DNA of 64,000 nt from Octopus sinensis. Taxonomy: Eukaryota. The stretch spans positions 129,270,001-129,334,000 of the forward strand of contig NC_042998.1 of the NCBI RefSeq assembly GCF_006345805.1, read 5' to 3'. Of this stretch, positions 13,278-27,681 are shown in pieces (the first letter of the stretch is position 1; each line of letters begins with the position of its first letter). Position numbers and translations under genes: made by a program. The notes under the pieces are model-generated. The model saw only the letters and a list, made by a program, of their open reading frames with translations, was not told where the DNA came from and did not search any database.

Positions 13278-14149
13278 ATAAATACATACGCACGCATGCA
13301 CACACACTAATACTCATTCACCGCTCCCCACACACATTCAGTACCTTGCTGAAAGAATAAGAGGTCGGTCCGAGTAGTTGCAGACAACAGTGGTGTACCA
13401 AAATGATGGGTAAAGCGCTCCATTCTCACGAGACACTGTATTGGGAAGGTAATAAAGCTAGAAAATGTATATACTCATATCCAATCACATATTATAAGAT
13501 AACATAAAGTATGTGATATATCATGGTGTATTATAGCAAAATAATATTTTTCTATATTTTCTTTCTACAGATTAGAAATAAACTGAAAGCGAACTATAGC
13601 TGATTAAATTATATAACTGGTACATAGTTTATCACTCATGGGAGACGAAACGCAAAGTCTAGCTAGAAGACATAAATTTTTTTTTGAAGTCGTTATCGAT
13701 ATTGGTATATCGTAATATTTAACAAAATTTCGGAAGCAAAGTCGAATATATTGATCTCCGTACTTTGTACTTATTTTATCAGCCCCACAACCAAGAAGGA
13801 TGAAACGCTGATGTAACTTCATCGGTATTTTATCACAAACCCGAAAAAAAATCGACTTATTTTGTCCGACGCTTTTGCACATTCTGACATCCGTTGCCTT
13901 TATTCATTTCCTAAAACATAGATTGCTAATGTACTCGCAAAGGACGAAGAGTTTGCTAGAAGACATAGTCAGTAAGACCAATTTGAATATTTTTAGTCTA
14001 TCGAATACGGCAGGATGACAAGCAAAGTTAATGCCAGTGGGAATTAAACTCTCAATGTGAAGGTCTTTTGATGTCAAATTATTTTATTCTACGCTCTTTC
14101 AAATTCTGTAATCCACCACTATACAGTCTTCTAAAATATGAACTTCTAA

Positions 14150-14340
14150 CGTGGCCACAAACTTAAGCAGTTTTTTTTTTCTTTTCTTGTTGGGTGAGGA
14201 GTAGAATGGTCGATTGCATTGATTCCAATACATCATCGGTATTTTTATTTTATCGACTCTAGAAGGATTAAACGCAAATCTAAGCCCTACGGGATTTGAA
14301 CATAAAAGTATTTTCTATGAAATTCTGCTGTCCGCCCCTT
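14150..14340 (-). mobile_element. Degenerate tRNA-derived SINE (same family as 44378-44959)
   Basis: tttatcgactctagaaggattaaacgcaaatc..gggatttgaac resembles the SINE core and B-box. Confidence 0.55.
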
Positions 14341-14513
14341 AATAACGTTTTTATTTTTTAAATTCTATTTAAAAAAAAAATCATTACTGCCACGCTATGC
14401 ATTCATTTTCTTTGTACCAATTATTTCTAGAATTCAGAATTTGGCAAAGCTACATGGAAAATGGAACATGTTTTAAATTCGATATGAGATTTCCTTTGTT
14501 GTTGTTGTTGTTG

Positions 14514-14590
14514 CTCTTCTTCTTCTTCTTCTTCTTCTTCTTCTTCTTCTTCTTCTTCTTCTTCTTCTTCTTCTTCTTCTTCTTCTTCTC
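14514..14590. repeat. (CTT)n microsatellite
   Basis: Direct inspection. Confidence 0.95.
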
Positions 14591-14714
14591 TTCTTTCCGC
14601 CTCTCCTCCTCCTCGGCTTTGCTTCGCCATGTTTATCATTATCATCTTGCACGGCGGCATCAGCACAACTAGCGCTATAACTAAAATTATTGCTATCGCC
14701 ATCATGTATAATAG

Positions 14715-14787
<73 letters not shown>

Positions 14788-15145
14788 GTGTGTGTGTGGT
14801 ATACTCATTTTAGCGTGACTTACTTTCCCAGTAAGTCACGTTTTCAAAATTGTATTTTTCAATAGATTACTTTATTACAATATTCTGTACAGTAAAGCTG
14901 TTTTAAAATATAAGTACCAAAATAAAACGTCTCGCGTTTTATTTTTCGGATGTTCCTAATAATAATAATAATAATAATATAATAATAATGATAATAGTAA
15001 TAATATTAATAAGAAGAAGAAAAAGAAAACTATACATTTATGTTTGTATATACTTGTATGCACACACACATGCATATAAAATACATATACATATATATAT
15101 ATATATACACACATATATACACACATACATACATACATACATACA

Positions 15146-15181
<36 letters not shown>

Positions 15182-15202
15182 TGTATATATATATATATAT
15201 AT

Positions 15203-15244
<42 letters not shown>

Positions 15245-15251
15245 TATATAT

Positions 15252-15311
<60 letters not shown>

Positions 15312-15704
15312 CCCCGCTAAATTACCAATTACTTATCAATTGAATGAAATTTATTCACTTTAAAATGTTATTTCTAGAATTATTCATTAATGCGTATAGA
15401 AATACCTCTTCAATAAAGCGACTCGAGAATACAAAACAAAACTATTCAAACTTATGTTTATGTATTTGTTTATTTGCTGATAGTTTTAAAAAAATGTTTT
15501 TACTGTGATTAAGAGAAATTTATCTTCTTGTTACAAATTAATTTCGTTAAATATAATCAAATATTTTCTGGGACCAATGGGTAATCTTTTTAATAAAAAT
15601 ATATACAAAATAAAACGTGTTCTTGAAAATGCAGTGTTAAATTTATATAGAACTAATTTTCGTATACACACACACGCGCACGAACACACACACACACACA
15701 CATA

Positions 15705-15735
<31 letters not shown>

Positions 15736-16159
15736 CACACACACACGGTGGCTTGTCGACTACAGTGAAACCAATGCTCTACTGGTACATATTTCACCGA
15801 AGACATGAAACGCAGGAATTTCGGTAACCGCTTTGTCAGGCGATAACAAATCTTCTAGCTCATTGCTTTTAATCGTCAGTAACAATACTACTATAAATAA
15901 AAATCTACACAAAATATACAAGTGTGGCTACGTCGTAAGAGGCTTGCTTTCCAACCACATGGCTCCGGGTTCAGTCACTATAATTCTTATTACCCTAATA
16001 TTATTTATTATGTTTAAATATTTTTTGATAAATTTGTTCGAAATTTTACCGGCATCTTCTCTGTCGCCGGAAATAAACTGCATCTGCGCAGTGGATTTGA
16101 AAAAGTTGGAATATACAGGCAACGAGTTTACCTTCGGATCTCGTTGTGAGTATATTTAA

Positions 16160-17450
16160 AATCTAAAGGCTACCTACTGATGAAGACTGATTCGTTGGCT
16201 CCAGGTTGTATCGTCCCTGAATTGGTAGAGGGGAAAAATTCTGAAGCTTGGATTTTTGTTATTAGCGCAAATGTCGATGTGTTCACTGAATGCTATTTTT
16301 CTGTTTTGGGGAATTTTGATCTGGGATCTGTGTGGAGCCATTCTTTTACGTTGACTGTTTTTTGTTTGGCCTATGCATTGCTCTTGACACCCAGAGCAGG
16401 TTAGTGCGTATATAAGGTTCTCCGAAGCACATGTGAAGTTGCTTTTCACTGTGAAACGTTGTCCCTGTTTGAAGGTGAACTCTAGTCCCTCAATTAAATT
16501 GACGCATATCCCGTAGTTGGGCCTTTCGCATTTTTTTAGTGACGGCTTCTGTATTGTTGTTGAACATATTCGGTCTTTCTCTGTTTGAAGTTAGAGTACT
16601 CCCGATATTGTATCACTGGTGGCTTACAAAGTTTGGGTTAGGTCCTGTATTCTTTTTTTGGTAGGGGTGATGGTTCAGATTTTTAGACAGGTGGGAATCA
16701 GTGTTTGAGTGTTGTTTCGATTTTCTTATTTTCAGGAAAGCGTTGTTGTAAGCGTGCTCTGTTTGAAAGATGGCTTCATAGTTTGAGAACTAAGTGGCAC
16801 TTTTCTCCCAGCGTTGGAGAGATTTCAGTTCTTATCACATTCCTCTTTCCATTGTTTGGAGATCTTCTCTTCATCGGGCCTTGGGTCATGTTGCGAATTT
16901 CTTGGTTGATCTCTTCATCGGTGGATTTTATTTTTTATCTTCATTCGTTTGGGCTCTCAATATTAGAAGTTCTCTTTCCGTTTTCATTTTTTCCAGTGTC
17001 ATTCTTTCCCTAAGGCGTCTTTGTGTTTCAACTTCATCTGTAATGGCTTTGATCTGGAAATTACGTGGGAGAATTAACGGTGTCTGATTGAGCCATTTTT
17101 CGTATATATCGCTTTGTTGTTGTTTTGGATCATCTTCCAAAAGGCAAACTTTCTATCTCTGAGTGATCTGTTCCATTGCGGTACTATGTGGTGTTTCATT
17201 TGGTATGTTGTTAGAGTATTGATCCCATATGCTGTCTCGTTTGGAGGTCCTTGATTCGCGTTGTTAGAGAAAAAATGTTCTACTTGTTTCGCATAAGTTT
17301 CCATGGTTCTCGACGATTTCGGAGGTTGTATTTTTCGTATCGGTTTCCGCATTGTTCTCTCGATTGGACTGATGTGTCAAGTCGAATTTATTCAAAAATG
17401 TTAACAGTTTTGTGTTGATTTTCTTGAGTTCTTTCAGTATTTCTTCATGT
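16160..17450 (-). mobile_element. Internally deleted Neptune-like PLE (N-terminus + Zn-finger/GIY-YIG, no RT seen), copy 1
   Basis: KSNFTCASENLIYALTCSGCQEQCIGQTKNS..RM..HRSQI..FSEHIDIC = GIY-YIG with Cys motifs, preceded by PNYGICVNLIEG; no RT motifs between 16580 and 17450. Confidence 0.7.
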
Positions 17451-18144
17451 ATATATATATATATATATATATTACTTGTATGTAATACAAACACACAACG
17501 AATAATACCTATATATGTATGAATGGTCCTGTGTGTATTTGGACTTGCATATAATTGTAAATGAAAATGATCAAACACTGGAGCGTCATGGGTTGGTTGA
17601 ATATATTAATATATATATACTCCTATGATCTTTTCGATCAATTCCCACTGGTGCTGGGAATCGTACAAAACTCCTAGTGCGGTGGACAGAACTTGTACTG
17701 GGAAAAATATACATTAGATGAAACCATAAATTCGCGAATGGTAAATATTCTTCAAAACAGATGATTAACTTCAAGAAAAATAAATATAATATATATTTAT
17801 ATAGGTGGTTAAATACATAATTGTTAAGATTAAGCAAGCAAAGTATCTACAGACACACACATACACAAATACACACCGATTGCCTTTTCCTACGCGTTAA
17901 CGTATTTCACTCAAAACTAGATTTTTTTTTTTCTAAATGGAAATTTCGTTTCAAATACATCTGAACGCATATGCACGAATATAGACAAAGTCAGTAACGC
18001 ATGAAGAGCTTCTTATGCTAAATCTTACATTTTGCTGGTAAATCTGAATCTATAATAACTAAAAGACTTACCTTAAATGAAATACAAGAAACCTCATTAA
18101 GATCAAACGAATTTCTTATCGTACAGTCGTTTGCAGACACCTAA

Positions 18145-18182
<38 letters not shown>

Positions 18183-18634
18183 CACACACACACACACACA
18201 CACACCACACACACACACACACACGGTGGCTTGTCGACTACAGTGAAACCAATGCTCTACTGGTACATATTTCACCGAAGACATGAAACGCAGGAATTTC
18301 GGTAACCGCTTTGTCAGGCGATAACAAATCTTCTAGCTCATTGCTTTTAATCGTCAGTAACAATACTACTATAAATAAAAATCTACACAAAATATACAAG
18401 TGTGGCTACGTCGTAAGAGGCTTGCTTTCCACCACATGGCTCCGGTTCAGTCACTATAATTCTTATTACCCTAATATTATTTATTATGTTTAAATATTTT
18501 TTGATAAATTTGTTCGAAATTTTACCGGCATCTTCTCTGTCGCCGGAAATAAACTGCATCTGCGCAGTGGATTTGAAAAGTTGGAATATACAGGCAACGA
18601 GTTTACCTTCGGATCTCGTTGTGAGTATATTTAA

Positions 18635-19918
18635 AATCTAAAGGCTACCTACTGATGAAGACTGATTCGTTGGCTCCAGTTGTATCGTCCCTGAATGGTA
18701 GAGGGGAAAAATTCTGAAGCTTGGATTTTTGTTATTAGCGCAAATGTCGATGTGTTCACTGAATGCTATTTTTCTGTTTTGGGGAATTTTGATCTGGGAT
18801 CTGTGTGGAGCCATTCTTTTACGTTGACTGTTTTTTGTTTGGCCTATGCATTGCTCTTGACACCCAGAGCAGGTTAGTGCGTATATAAGGTTCTCCGAAG
18901 CACATGTGAAGTTGCTTTTCACTGTGAAACGTTGTCCCTGTTTGAAGGTGAACTCTAGTCCCTCAATTAAATTGACGCATATCCCGTAGTTGGGCCTTTC
19001 GCATTTTTTTAGTGACGGCTTCTGTATTGTTGTTGAACATATTCGGTCTTTCTCTGTTTGAAGTTAGAGTACTCCGATATTGTATCACTGGTGGCTTACA
19101 AAGTTTGGGTTAGGTCCTGTATTCTTTTTTTGGTAGGGGTGATGGTTCAGATTTTTAGACAGGTGGGAATCAGTGTTTGAGTGTTGTTTCGATTTTCTTA
19201 TTTTCAGGAAAGCGTTGTTGTAAGCGTGCTCTGTTTGAAAGATGGCTTCATAGTTTGAGAACTAAGTGGCACTTTTCTCCCAGCGTTGGAGAGATTTCAG
19301 TTCTTTATCACATTCCTCTTTCCATTGTTTGGAGATCTTCTCTTCATCGGGCCTTGGGTCATGTTGCGAATTTCTTGGTTGATCTCTTCATCGGTGGATT
19401 TTATTTTTTATCTTCATTCGTTTGGCTCTCAATATTAGAAGTTCTCTTTCCGTTTTCATTTTTTCCAGTGTCATTCTTTCCCTAAGGCGTCTTTGTGTTT
19501 CAACTTCATCTGTAATGGCTTTGATCTGGAAATTACGTGGGAGAATTAACGGTGTCTGATTGAGCCATTTTTCGTATATATCGCTTTGTTGTTGTTTTGG
19601 ATCATCTTCCAAAAGGCAAACTTTCTATCTCTGAGTGATCTGTTCCATTGCGGTACTATGTGGTGTTTCATTTGGTATGTTGTTAGAGTATTGATCCCAT
19701 ATGCTGTCTCGTTTGGAGGTCCTTGATTCGCGTTGTTAGAGAAAAAATGTTCTATTTGTTTCGCATAAGTTTCCATGGTTCTCGACGATTTCGGAGGTTG
19801 TATTTTTCGTATCGGTTTCCGCATTGTTCTCTCGATTGGACTGATGTGTCAAGTCGAATTTATTCAAAAATGTTAACAGTTTTGTGTTGATTTTCTTGAG
19901 TTCTTTCAGTATTTCTTC

Positions 19919-19920
<2 letters not shown>
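18635..19920 (-). mobile_element. Internally deleted Neptune-like PLE, copy 2
   Basis: Duplicate of 16160-17450. Confidence 0.7.
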
Positions 19921-19963
<43 letters not shown>

Positions 19964-20657
19964 ATATATATTATATATATATATTACTTGTATGTAATAC
20001 AAACACACAACGAATAATACCTATATATGTATGAATGGTCCTGTGTGTATTTGGACTTGCATATAATTGTAAATGAAAATGATCAAACACTGGAGCGTCA
20101 TGGGTTGGTTGAATATATTAATATATATATACTCCTATGATCTTTTCGATCAATTCCCACTGGTGCTGGGAATCGTACAAAACTCCTAGTGCGGTGGACA
20201 GAACTTGTACTGGGAAAAATATACATAAGATGAAACCATAAATTCGCGAATGGTAAATATTCTTCAAAACAGATGATTAACTTCAAGAAAAATAAATATA
20301 ATATATATTTATATAGGTGGTTAAATACATAATTGTTAAGATTAAGCAAGCAAAGTATCTACAGACACACACATACACAAATACACACCGATTGCCTTTT
20401 CCTACGCGTTAACGTATTTCACTCAAAACTAGATTTTTTTTTTTCTAAATGGAAATTTCGTTTCAAATACATCTGAACGCATATGCACGAATATAGACAA
20501 AGTCAGTAACGCATGAAGAGCTTTCTTATGCTAAATCTTACATTTTGCTGGTAAATCTGAATCTATAATAACTAAAAGACTTACCTTAAATGAAATACAA
20601 GAAACCTCATTAAGATCAAACGAATTTCTTATCGTACAGTCGTTTGCAGACACCTAA

Positions 20658-20700
<43 letters not shown>

Positions 20701-21283
20701 CACACATACCCACTCAGACACAGAAACTGTAACCGACGACCTGAATCGCGGAACATATGTTAGCATGTCCTATATTTTCGTTATTTGTTATACTTACGCC
20801 CAGAAATATGTACACTTTCTGACTTCCCTCATTTCCGTTGGGTAGACCAGAGCAAAGTGGAATGATGTACTCCGTGAAAGATAGAAGGTCATTGCTCCGG
20901 CCAAGAATCTGACCTACGAACTTATGATCGTGTACTCTATTCTCTAACCATTATGCCTCGCAGGAGAGTAGTAAGGTGAAATTCGACTCGAGAGACAAAT
21001 ATTGAGCGTCAGATTCAATAAAATAAAGAAAACATATCCTCTACAACATATACTAAGCACATCCTCCTCATTCGATCGACATTAAGCAACGTGGGCATAT
21101 ATATAAAATTTTAGTTTTAATTTTGGGGCGCTGCGGAGTGTTTATGATTCCTAATTTTTGCTAAGCTGGTATTTCTTAGTTCCCTGATTATATATATTTT
21201 ATATATATATATCTATTAATTCTGTCTATACAGTTTTATGTTTGCGGCCACTAATATTATTATCTCTTGTGAGTAATAATATT

Positions 21284-21361
<78 letters not shown>

Positions 21362-21365
<4 letters not shown>

Positions 21366-21742
21366 AGACGCAATGGCCCAGTGCTTAGGGCAGTATACTC
21401 GATGTCGTAAGCTCGCTGTTTCGATTGCCAGACCGGGCGTTGTGAGAGTTTATTGAACGTAAACACCTAAAAGCTCCACGAGGCTCCGGCAGGGGGTGGT
21501 GGCGACCCCAGCTGTACTCTTTCACGACAACTTTCTCTCTTTCTTACTCTTTCTCTTGTACCTGTATTTCAAAGGGCCAGCCTTGTAACACTGTGTGTCA
21601 CGCTGAATTTCCCCGAGAACTACGTTAACGTTACACGCGTCTGTGGAGTGCTCAGCCAATTGCACGTTAATTTCACGACACAGTATGTTCTGTTGATCGG
21701 ATCAACTGGAACCTTCGTTGTCGTGACCGATGGAGTGCCAAG
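21362..21742 (+). mobile_element. tRNA-derived SINE
   Basis: Head ggagacgcaatggcccagtgcttagg (A-box-like) ..gtttcgattgccagaccgggcg (B-box-like); shares its head with 46750-46995. Confidence 0.7.
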
Positions 21743-21874
21743 ACACACACACAGACCCCCCACAGATCCCCCCACACATATATATATAAAAAGAAAACAT
21801 TTGTTGCAGCGTGCCTAATTAGTGTTTAACATGAGCAAAAGAGCAAAATACAACAAAAATCAAAGTGTATGACA

Positions 21875-22211
21875 AATTTTCGTAGGTTATGTTCTCTTAT
21901 CACAGGAATATAAAATATATAATGAAGTAATCAGGATGTTAGGTTTCAAGCGCTCTAATACTACAATCTAAAGAAAATCAGTATTACAAAACCTTACGAT
22001 CGTTTCGAGAGGTGCATTTGTATTGGGCGAGTTTTCCAGCCGATATAAAATGTCGCATTTCTCTTTCAGAGTGATGGTTTTGTAATACTGTAAGGTTTTG
22101 TAATACTGCTTTTCTTTGGATTGTATTATTGGAGTGTTTGAAAACTAACATTTCGATGAATCTTTAATGTATTTTGTATTCCCATGACAAAAGAACTTGA
22201 CCTACGAAAAT
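21875..22211. repeat. Imperfect inverted repeat (~120-bp arms) enclosing a degenerate hammerhead
   Basis: ttttcgtaggt..cagtattacaaaaccttac versus gtaaggttttgtaatactg..acctacgaaaa. Confidence 0.85.
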
Positions 22212-22219
22212 CTGTAAAA

Positions 22220-22263
<44 letters not shown>

Positions 22264-22457
22264 ACACGCACGCGCACACATATATGGATAGATAGATCTA
22301 AGCACAAAACAGAATAAAATCTAGAACACGGAGTGGTTCGGAAAACAGCCTAGAAAATTGGATAAATACCGCTAGAAGACGGAAAATTTTGCTGCAGATG
22401 GCATACAGAACATCGAACTCTGGAGGTACAGGATTTTTACCTACATATATATATACA

Positions 22458-22672
22458 AAAATATTTTATATTTATTTACATAATTATAACAAGGGCTTGG
22501 CTTGCGCCTCACCACGCACTGAAAAGTAGACGTCAAAAGACACTATTGCCACCATATGGTGGCAATAGCTTTTGGCAATATGGTGGCAATAGTTTTAGTT
22601 TCCCTTTTCAGTGCGTGGTGAGGCGCAAGCCAAGCCCTTGTTATAATTATGTATATAATCATAAAATATTTA
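22458..22672. repeat. Near-perfect fold-back with an internal 26-bp palindrome
   Basis: cataattataacaagggcttggcttgcgcctcaccacgcactgaaaag and its exact reverse complement; centre ctattgccaccatatggtggcaatag. Confidence 0.92.
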
Positions 22673-22822
22673 TATTAATTTACCAATGAGGTTTTATTTC
22701 TGCGCTGACCACTTGGTAAAATCATTTATGATTTTGCCCTTTATTATCATTACATATATGCATTTGTAGGTATGTATATATATATATATATTATATATGG
22801 ATATATATATATATATATATAT

Positions 22823-22874
<52 letters not shown>

Positions 22875-22883
22875 TATATATAT

Positions 22884-22930
<47 letters not shown>

Positions 22931-22942
22931 GGATTATATATC

Positions 22943-22973
<31 letters not shown>

Positions 22974-23631
22974 TATATATATATAACATTATTGGTGAAT
23001 CAACGCACACACGTACACAAAAAGTTTTCTACCCTACGCCAACACACACATATATAGAACAGTATACACACACACACGTCTCTAAGTAGATTTTTTCTCG
23101 CCCCTTATAAAACATCCAATATTCTTTTAAATAGTCAGAACTTTATTCTCGGTCACAAAGAACATCTATACACCTTCACCCACATGATTGACCGATGCCT
23201 GACCTGTTGAATTCTTCAGCCACCGGTTCTCAACATACACTGATAAACAGTTTCGCCATGGGCTCTTAGGAGCACAGTTCGATTTGGTTTTTGCTCTGCC
23301 TCTGTTCTGTTTTTGTTTTTCCAACGGATTTCCTTTTTTCTTCCTGAAGAGAAAGACACAATATGGTCCCATTATTCAATCGGATTTTGGTAATTTGTGC
23401 CTTTCGAAACACGTGTAGAATGAAATAAAACGATTTCTGTTCAACCTGCGTTCAGCTCCATTTCTTCAATTCACCAATAATGTCTTTAATTTCAATATCC
23501 GCACCAACGCAGGGTTGCAACGCCAGATGGTTGTACCTCCAACCGTGCTGTTCACTGCTGTGATTTTTGCTACTAAGGTATCGGTTAAACTTTTGATAAT
23601 CTACTACAGATTATTCATCTTTCTATTTCAC

Positions 23632-23666
<35 letters not shown>

Positions 23667-23694
23667 ATATATATATGTATATATATATATGTAT

Positions 23695-23740
<46 letters not shown>

Positions 23741-24479
23741 GGAGAGAAAGAGACCAACTAGAATAGTATTGACAGTAATTTCGAAGTATCGGCCAGTTAA
23801 GCCATTATCGGTCAGTTCGATGATTACTTGCCCGGCCAAAACATCGAATTCACTGTCACAACATGTTAACAATTGATAAATTTCTACTCTACCAAAAAGT
23901 ATTGAGCAATACTTCAGTTTAATGTAAAATTCATTTTTAATATTTTATAACATAGCAAACGCATTTATATTTATTCGTTGCTCTCTCTCTCTCTCACACA
24001 CACACACACATACACATACACTCACACACGCGCGCACGCAGGCACGCGCACGCACACACACGCATACACAAACACAGATATACATATATGTATATATCTT
24101 TGGCTTTATCTCATACACAATAATCTGATACCTTCTTTGCTTATCTCTTCCCTTATGGTGATGTCGTTCACGACAATATAGACCAATTCTTGCATGGAAG
24201 CGAGAATGATATTGACTGCATGGTTATGGTGGTGGAGGTCGGGGATAAAATTTTTGTGCCTTTCCTTCCTCTCGTTTGATCTCTACTTTTTCCCTTCTAG
24301 TGTTTTGTTTCCGATGGTGATGGAACACCGCGAGTCTCGGGTTTCTGGAGTTGTTTTGCGTTGGAGCGTGTATCTCTGAAAAGGGCCACCCCGTGGTCTT
24401 TTCTTTGGAGTGAGCTAGAATCAGAGATAAAATAAGATGGTCAAGACATAGAGCCAAAATAGAAAAGTCTTGACTCTTC

Positions 24480-25620
24480 CCTTCCTGCCACATATCGAAG
24501 ACGGTGTTTCATGACCGTCGATTCGATGCTTTGACTGTTGGCTTTCCAGGACTTTGTTGTTGCACTCAAATTATTCCCATTTGATGTTCGAGATTTCTGG
24601 TGAAAGCGTTCTAATTATCGGATGTGATGTCGATATAGAATTCAGATTTCGCAGCCATATAGCAAGATTGAAATTACAAGAGCATTATAGACCGTAATCT
24701 TTGCTGTTAAGTTTAGACGCTTGTTGTTGAAGACGCGTTTGATTAGCTTTCCAAATGCCCTGAGTGCAGCTTCAATTCTGTGTTCCTCATCCTTTCTAGA
24801 GGTGCACATGTTTGATAAAAGGCTGCCTACACATGGAAAATACTCTACATGTTCGGGAGATGTGCTAGGACATTGGTTTACTTGGTGTTTACTGTGAGAT
24901 CAAACGATGTTAGGCCATAGCAAAATTGTTCACAACACTTCATTTGAAATACAGAGGGCAGCGTTGCCATCAGCGTATTGAGATGCGTTGCGTGTGTGTT
25001 AGGCGCTTAGTTCGAAGTCTACTAGGTTTTAAATGTCCTTTATCATATCGATATCTGATACCAAATCTGGATTCTCTGGAGAAAGTTCGCGAAGCATTGC
25101 AACCAGATAGAAGGAGAATTGCGTAGGTACCAAAAACATCCAAGTTTTAGACTGCACAAGATTAGAAATTCTTCTGACAACGTGTTTTGGTGGAATACAC
25201 GTTCAGACATATTGTCATGCATTGCTTGAACCAGAGAGATAAAGTGGTCAGAACATCCAGAACGATGAAGAACCTTCCACATTGCATCTCTTGGAACGCT
25301 ATCAAAGGCCTTTTCTAAGTTATAGTAATTAAGGAAAAAGGGCTTTTGTTGCTTGCTACCTTGCACAGAAAATTATGTCGATTGTATCATGAGAGGCACG
25401 GAATCCACATTGAAATTCTGGTAGGATCTTTTTGGCGATGGTTTGGAGCAGATTTAGAACTTTAGGAAGTTATGGGAATTCCAACATCTTCAAAACAAGG
25501 GTGTTTGATCAGTTCAAAATGGATGTTATCGTTAAGAATTCTTTGATCTCATTTTCTTCGTAGTTTGCTTGAATTCTTGGAATGTAGAAAAGCAGGGTGC
25601 ATGTTCACCCACAGCTGAGG
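24480..25620 (-). mobile_element. RTE-clade LINE reverse transcriptase fragment, degenerate
   Basis: LEKAFDSVPRDAMWKVLHRSGCSDHFISLVQAMHDNM..LKLGC. Confidence 0.75.
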
Positions 25621-26730
25621 ATGATGAAGTTTACCTTCTTTCTGTTGCCACTGAATGTTCTGCAGTTCTCTTAATATATATCAGAGATATATACCACAGA
25701 AGGACGAAATGGAAAAAGCAGGACGAGAGGGAACACATGAGACAGAGAGTCACTGATGAGTTCACAATGTGTATAACGAAAGAACTTCGACAGACATATA
25801 AACTAAAAATGATATGAATAAATACTAAAAGTGAAGATCGAATAGTGCGTGTGTTTAATAGGCAAAAAGAATGCCAATCCCCAATATCTGTTTGAACACG
25901 CGCTCTCATATCAGGAATCTTGCGAAACAAATACATAAGCCTTTGCATACAGAGACACAGAGACACACACAGACAGACACGCATAACCAGACACACATAC
26001 ATACATGACATGTATCTATATCTTATTCCCGTAAAATTTATTTACATGTGTATGTATGCATTTATGTTTGTATTGCCCGTAATGTCTGTGCAGACTTCCG
26101 TTATTTCTGACATAATTTCACCCCAAACCGATCATTATAGGTTTGTTCGATCAAGGTTGATCTTTCAAAAGGAATTATCTTCAAAGGCTTGGATAAGAGA
26201 ACGTACTTTGTGATATACAGACGTACGGATCATCGCTGTTGGAATACTTTCATCATATCTTTGATCAATCATTATTGATCTTATTGCTAAATAATAACAA
26301 CTATAAATAATAAATATTAAAAAAAAAACATTTTATGTTTACTATTCAGTGCAGGAAGACACCCGAACTCAGACAGACAGACAAACAGACAGACACATAC
26401 ACACATTCACAGAGGTACGAACATGTACATATATGGATGACGTAGCTGTATAGGAGCCTTATATGGTTTACAGACGAATTTTTTTCCTTTTTTCTTTCTT
26501 ACTCTTTTATATTTTGTTTTGGAATAATTGTGTTTCGTTAACATTTGAAGAATTCCTCTGTCCCTATTTTCTTTTCGTTAAAATCATTGAGTGACTGTCT
26601 TTAAACGTTAACGGACTAAGGAGTGCTCTCATACCACACTGAGGAAATATGAAAAATTTTTAATAAAAAAACATCAGTTCGAGCAGAGTTATGCGTTTGT
26701 TATGTATATGTGTCTCTGTGAGAGAGCGAA

Positions 26731-26787
<57 letters not shown>

Positions 26788-26957
26788 AAGAACAAAAGAG
26801 GGAGACAGTGAGAGAGGAAGAGAAAGAGGGAGACTGAGACAGAGATAGAGTGCACATTTCTGTTTACGTATAGGAGTTATAAACACACACACATATACAC
26901 ACACATACACACACATACACACATATATACATATGTATATACATACATGCATATAAA

Positions 26958-27003
<46 letters not shown>

Positions 27004-27051
27004 AATATAAACATATATATATATATAATATATATATATATATACATATAC

Positions 27052-27083
<32 letters not shown>

Positions 27084-27099
27084 ATATGCACAAACACAC

Positions 27100-27580
<481 letters not shown>

Positions 27581-27622
27581 ATATATATATGTGTGTGTGT
27601 GAGTGTGTGTATGTGTGTGTGT

Positions 27623-27681
<59 letters not shown>

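Larger units (their letters stand above)
15665..20700. repeat. ~2.5-kb near-identical tandem duplication bounded by (CA)n tracts
   Basis: 15745-18145 recurs at 18223-20660; ORF tracks are duplicated (e.g. 17586-17837 and 20098-20349). Confidence 0.95.

Noticed and set aside
14397-15363. ORFs with poly-YI, poly-F, poly-E, HT or CV runs (also at 26-28, 31-32, 43-46 and 52-53 kb)
   Set aside because: Translations of microsatellites, not genes.
17586-17700. Minus-strand exon-like segment in the duplication
   Set aside because: Acceptor present, but all frames stop within ~40 codons and there is no other support.
23166-23372. Minus-strand ORF/exon with tctttctcttcag acceptor
   Set aside because: No homology or consistent frame; isolated signal.
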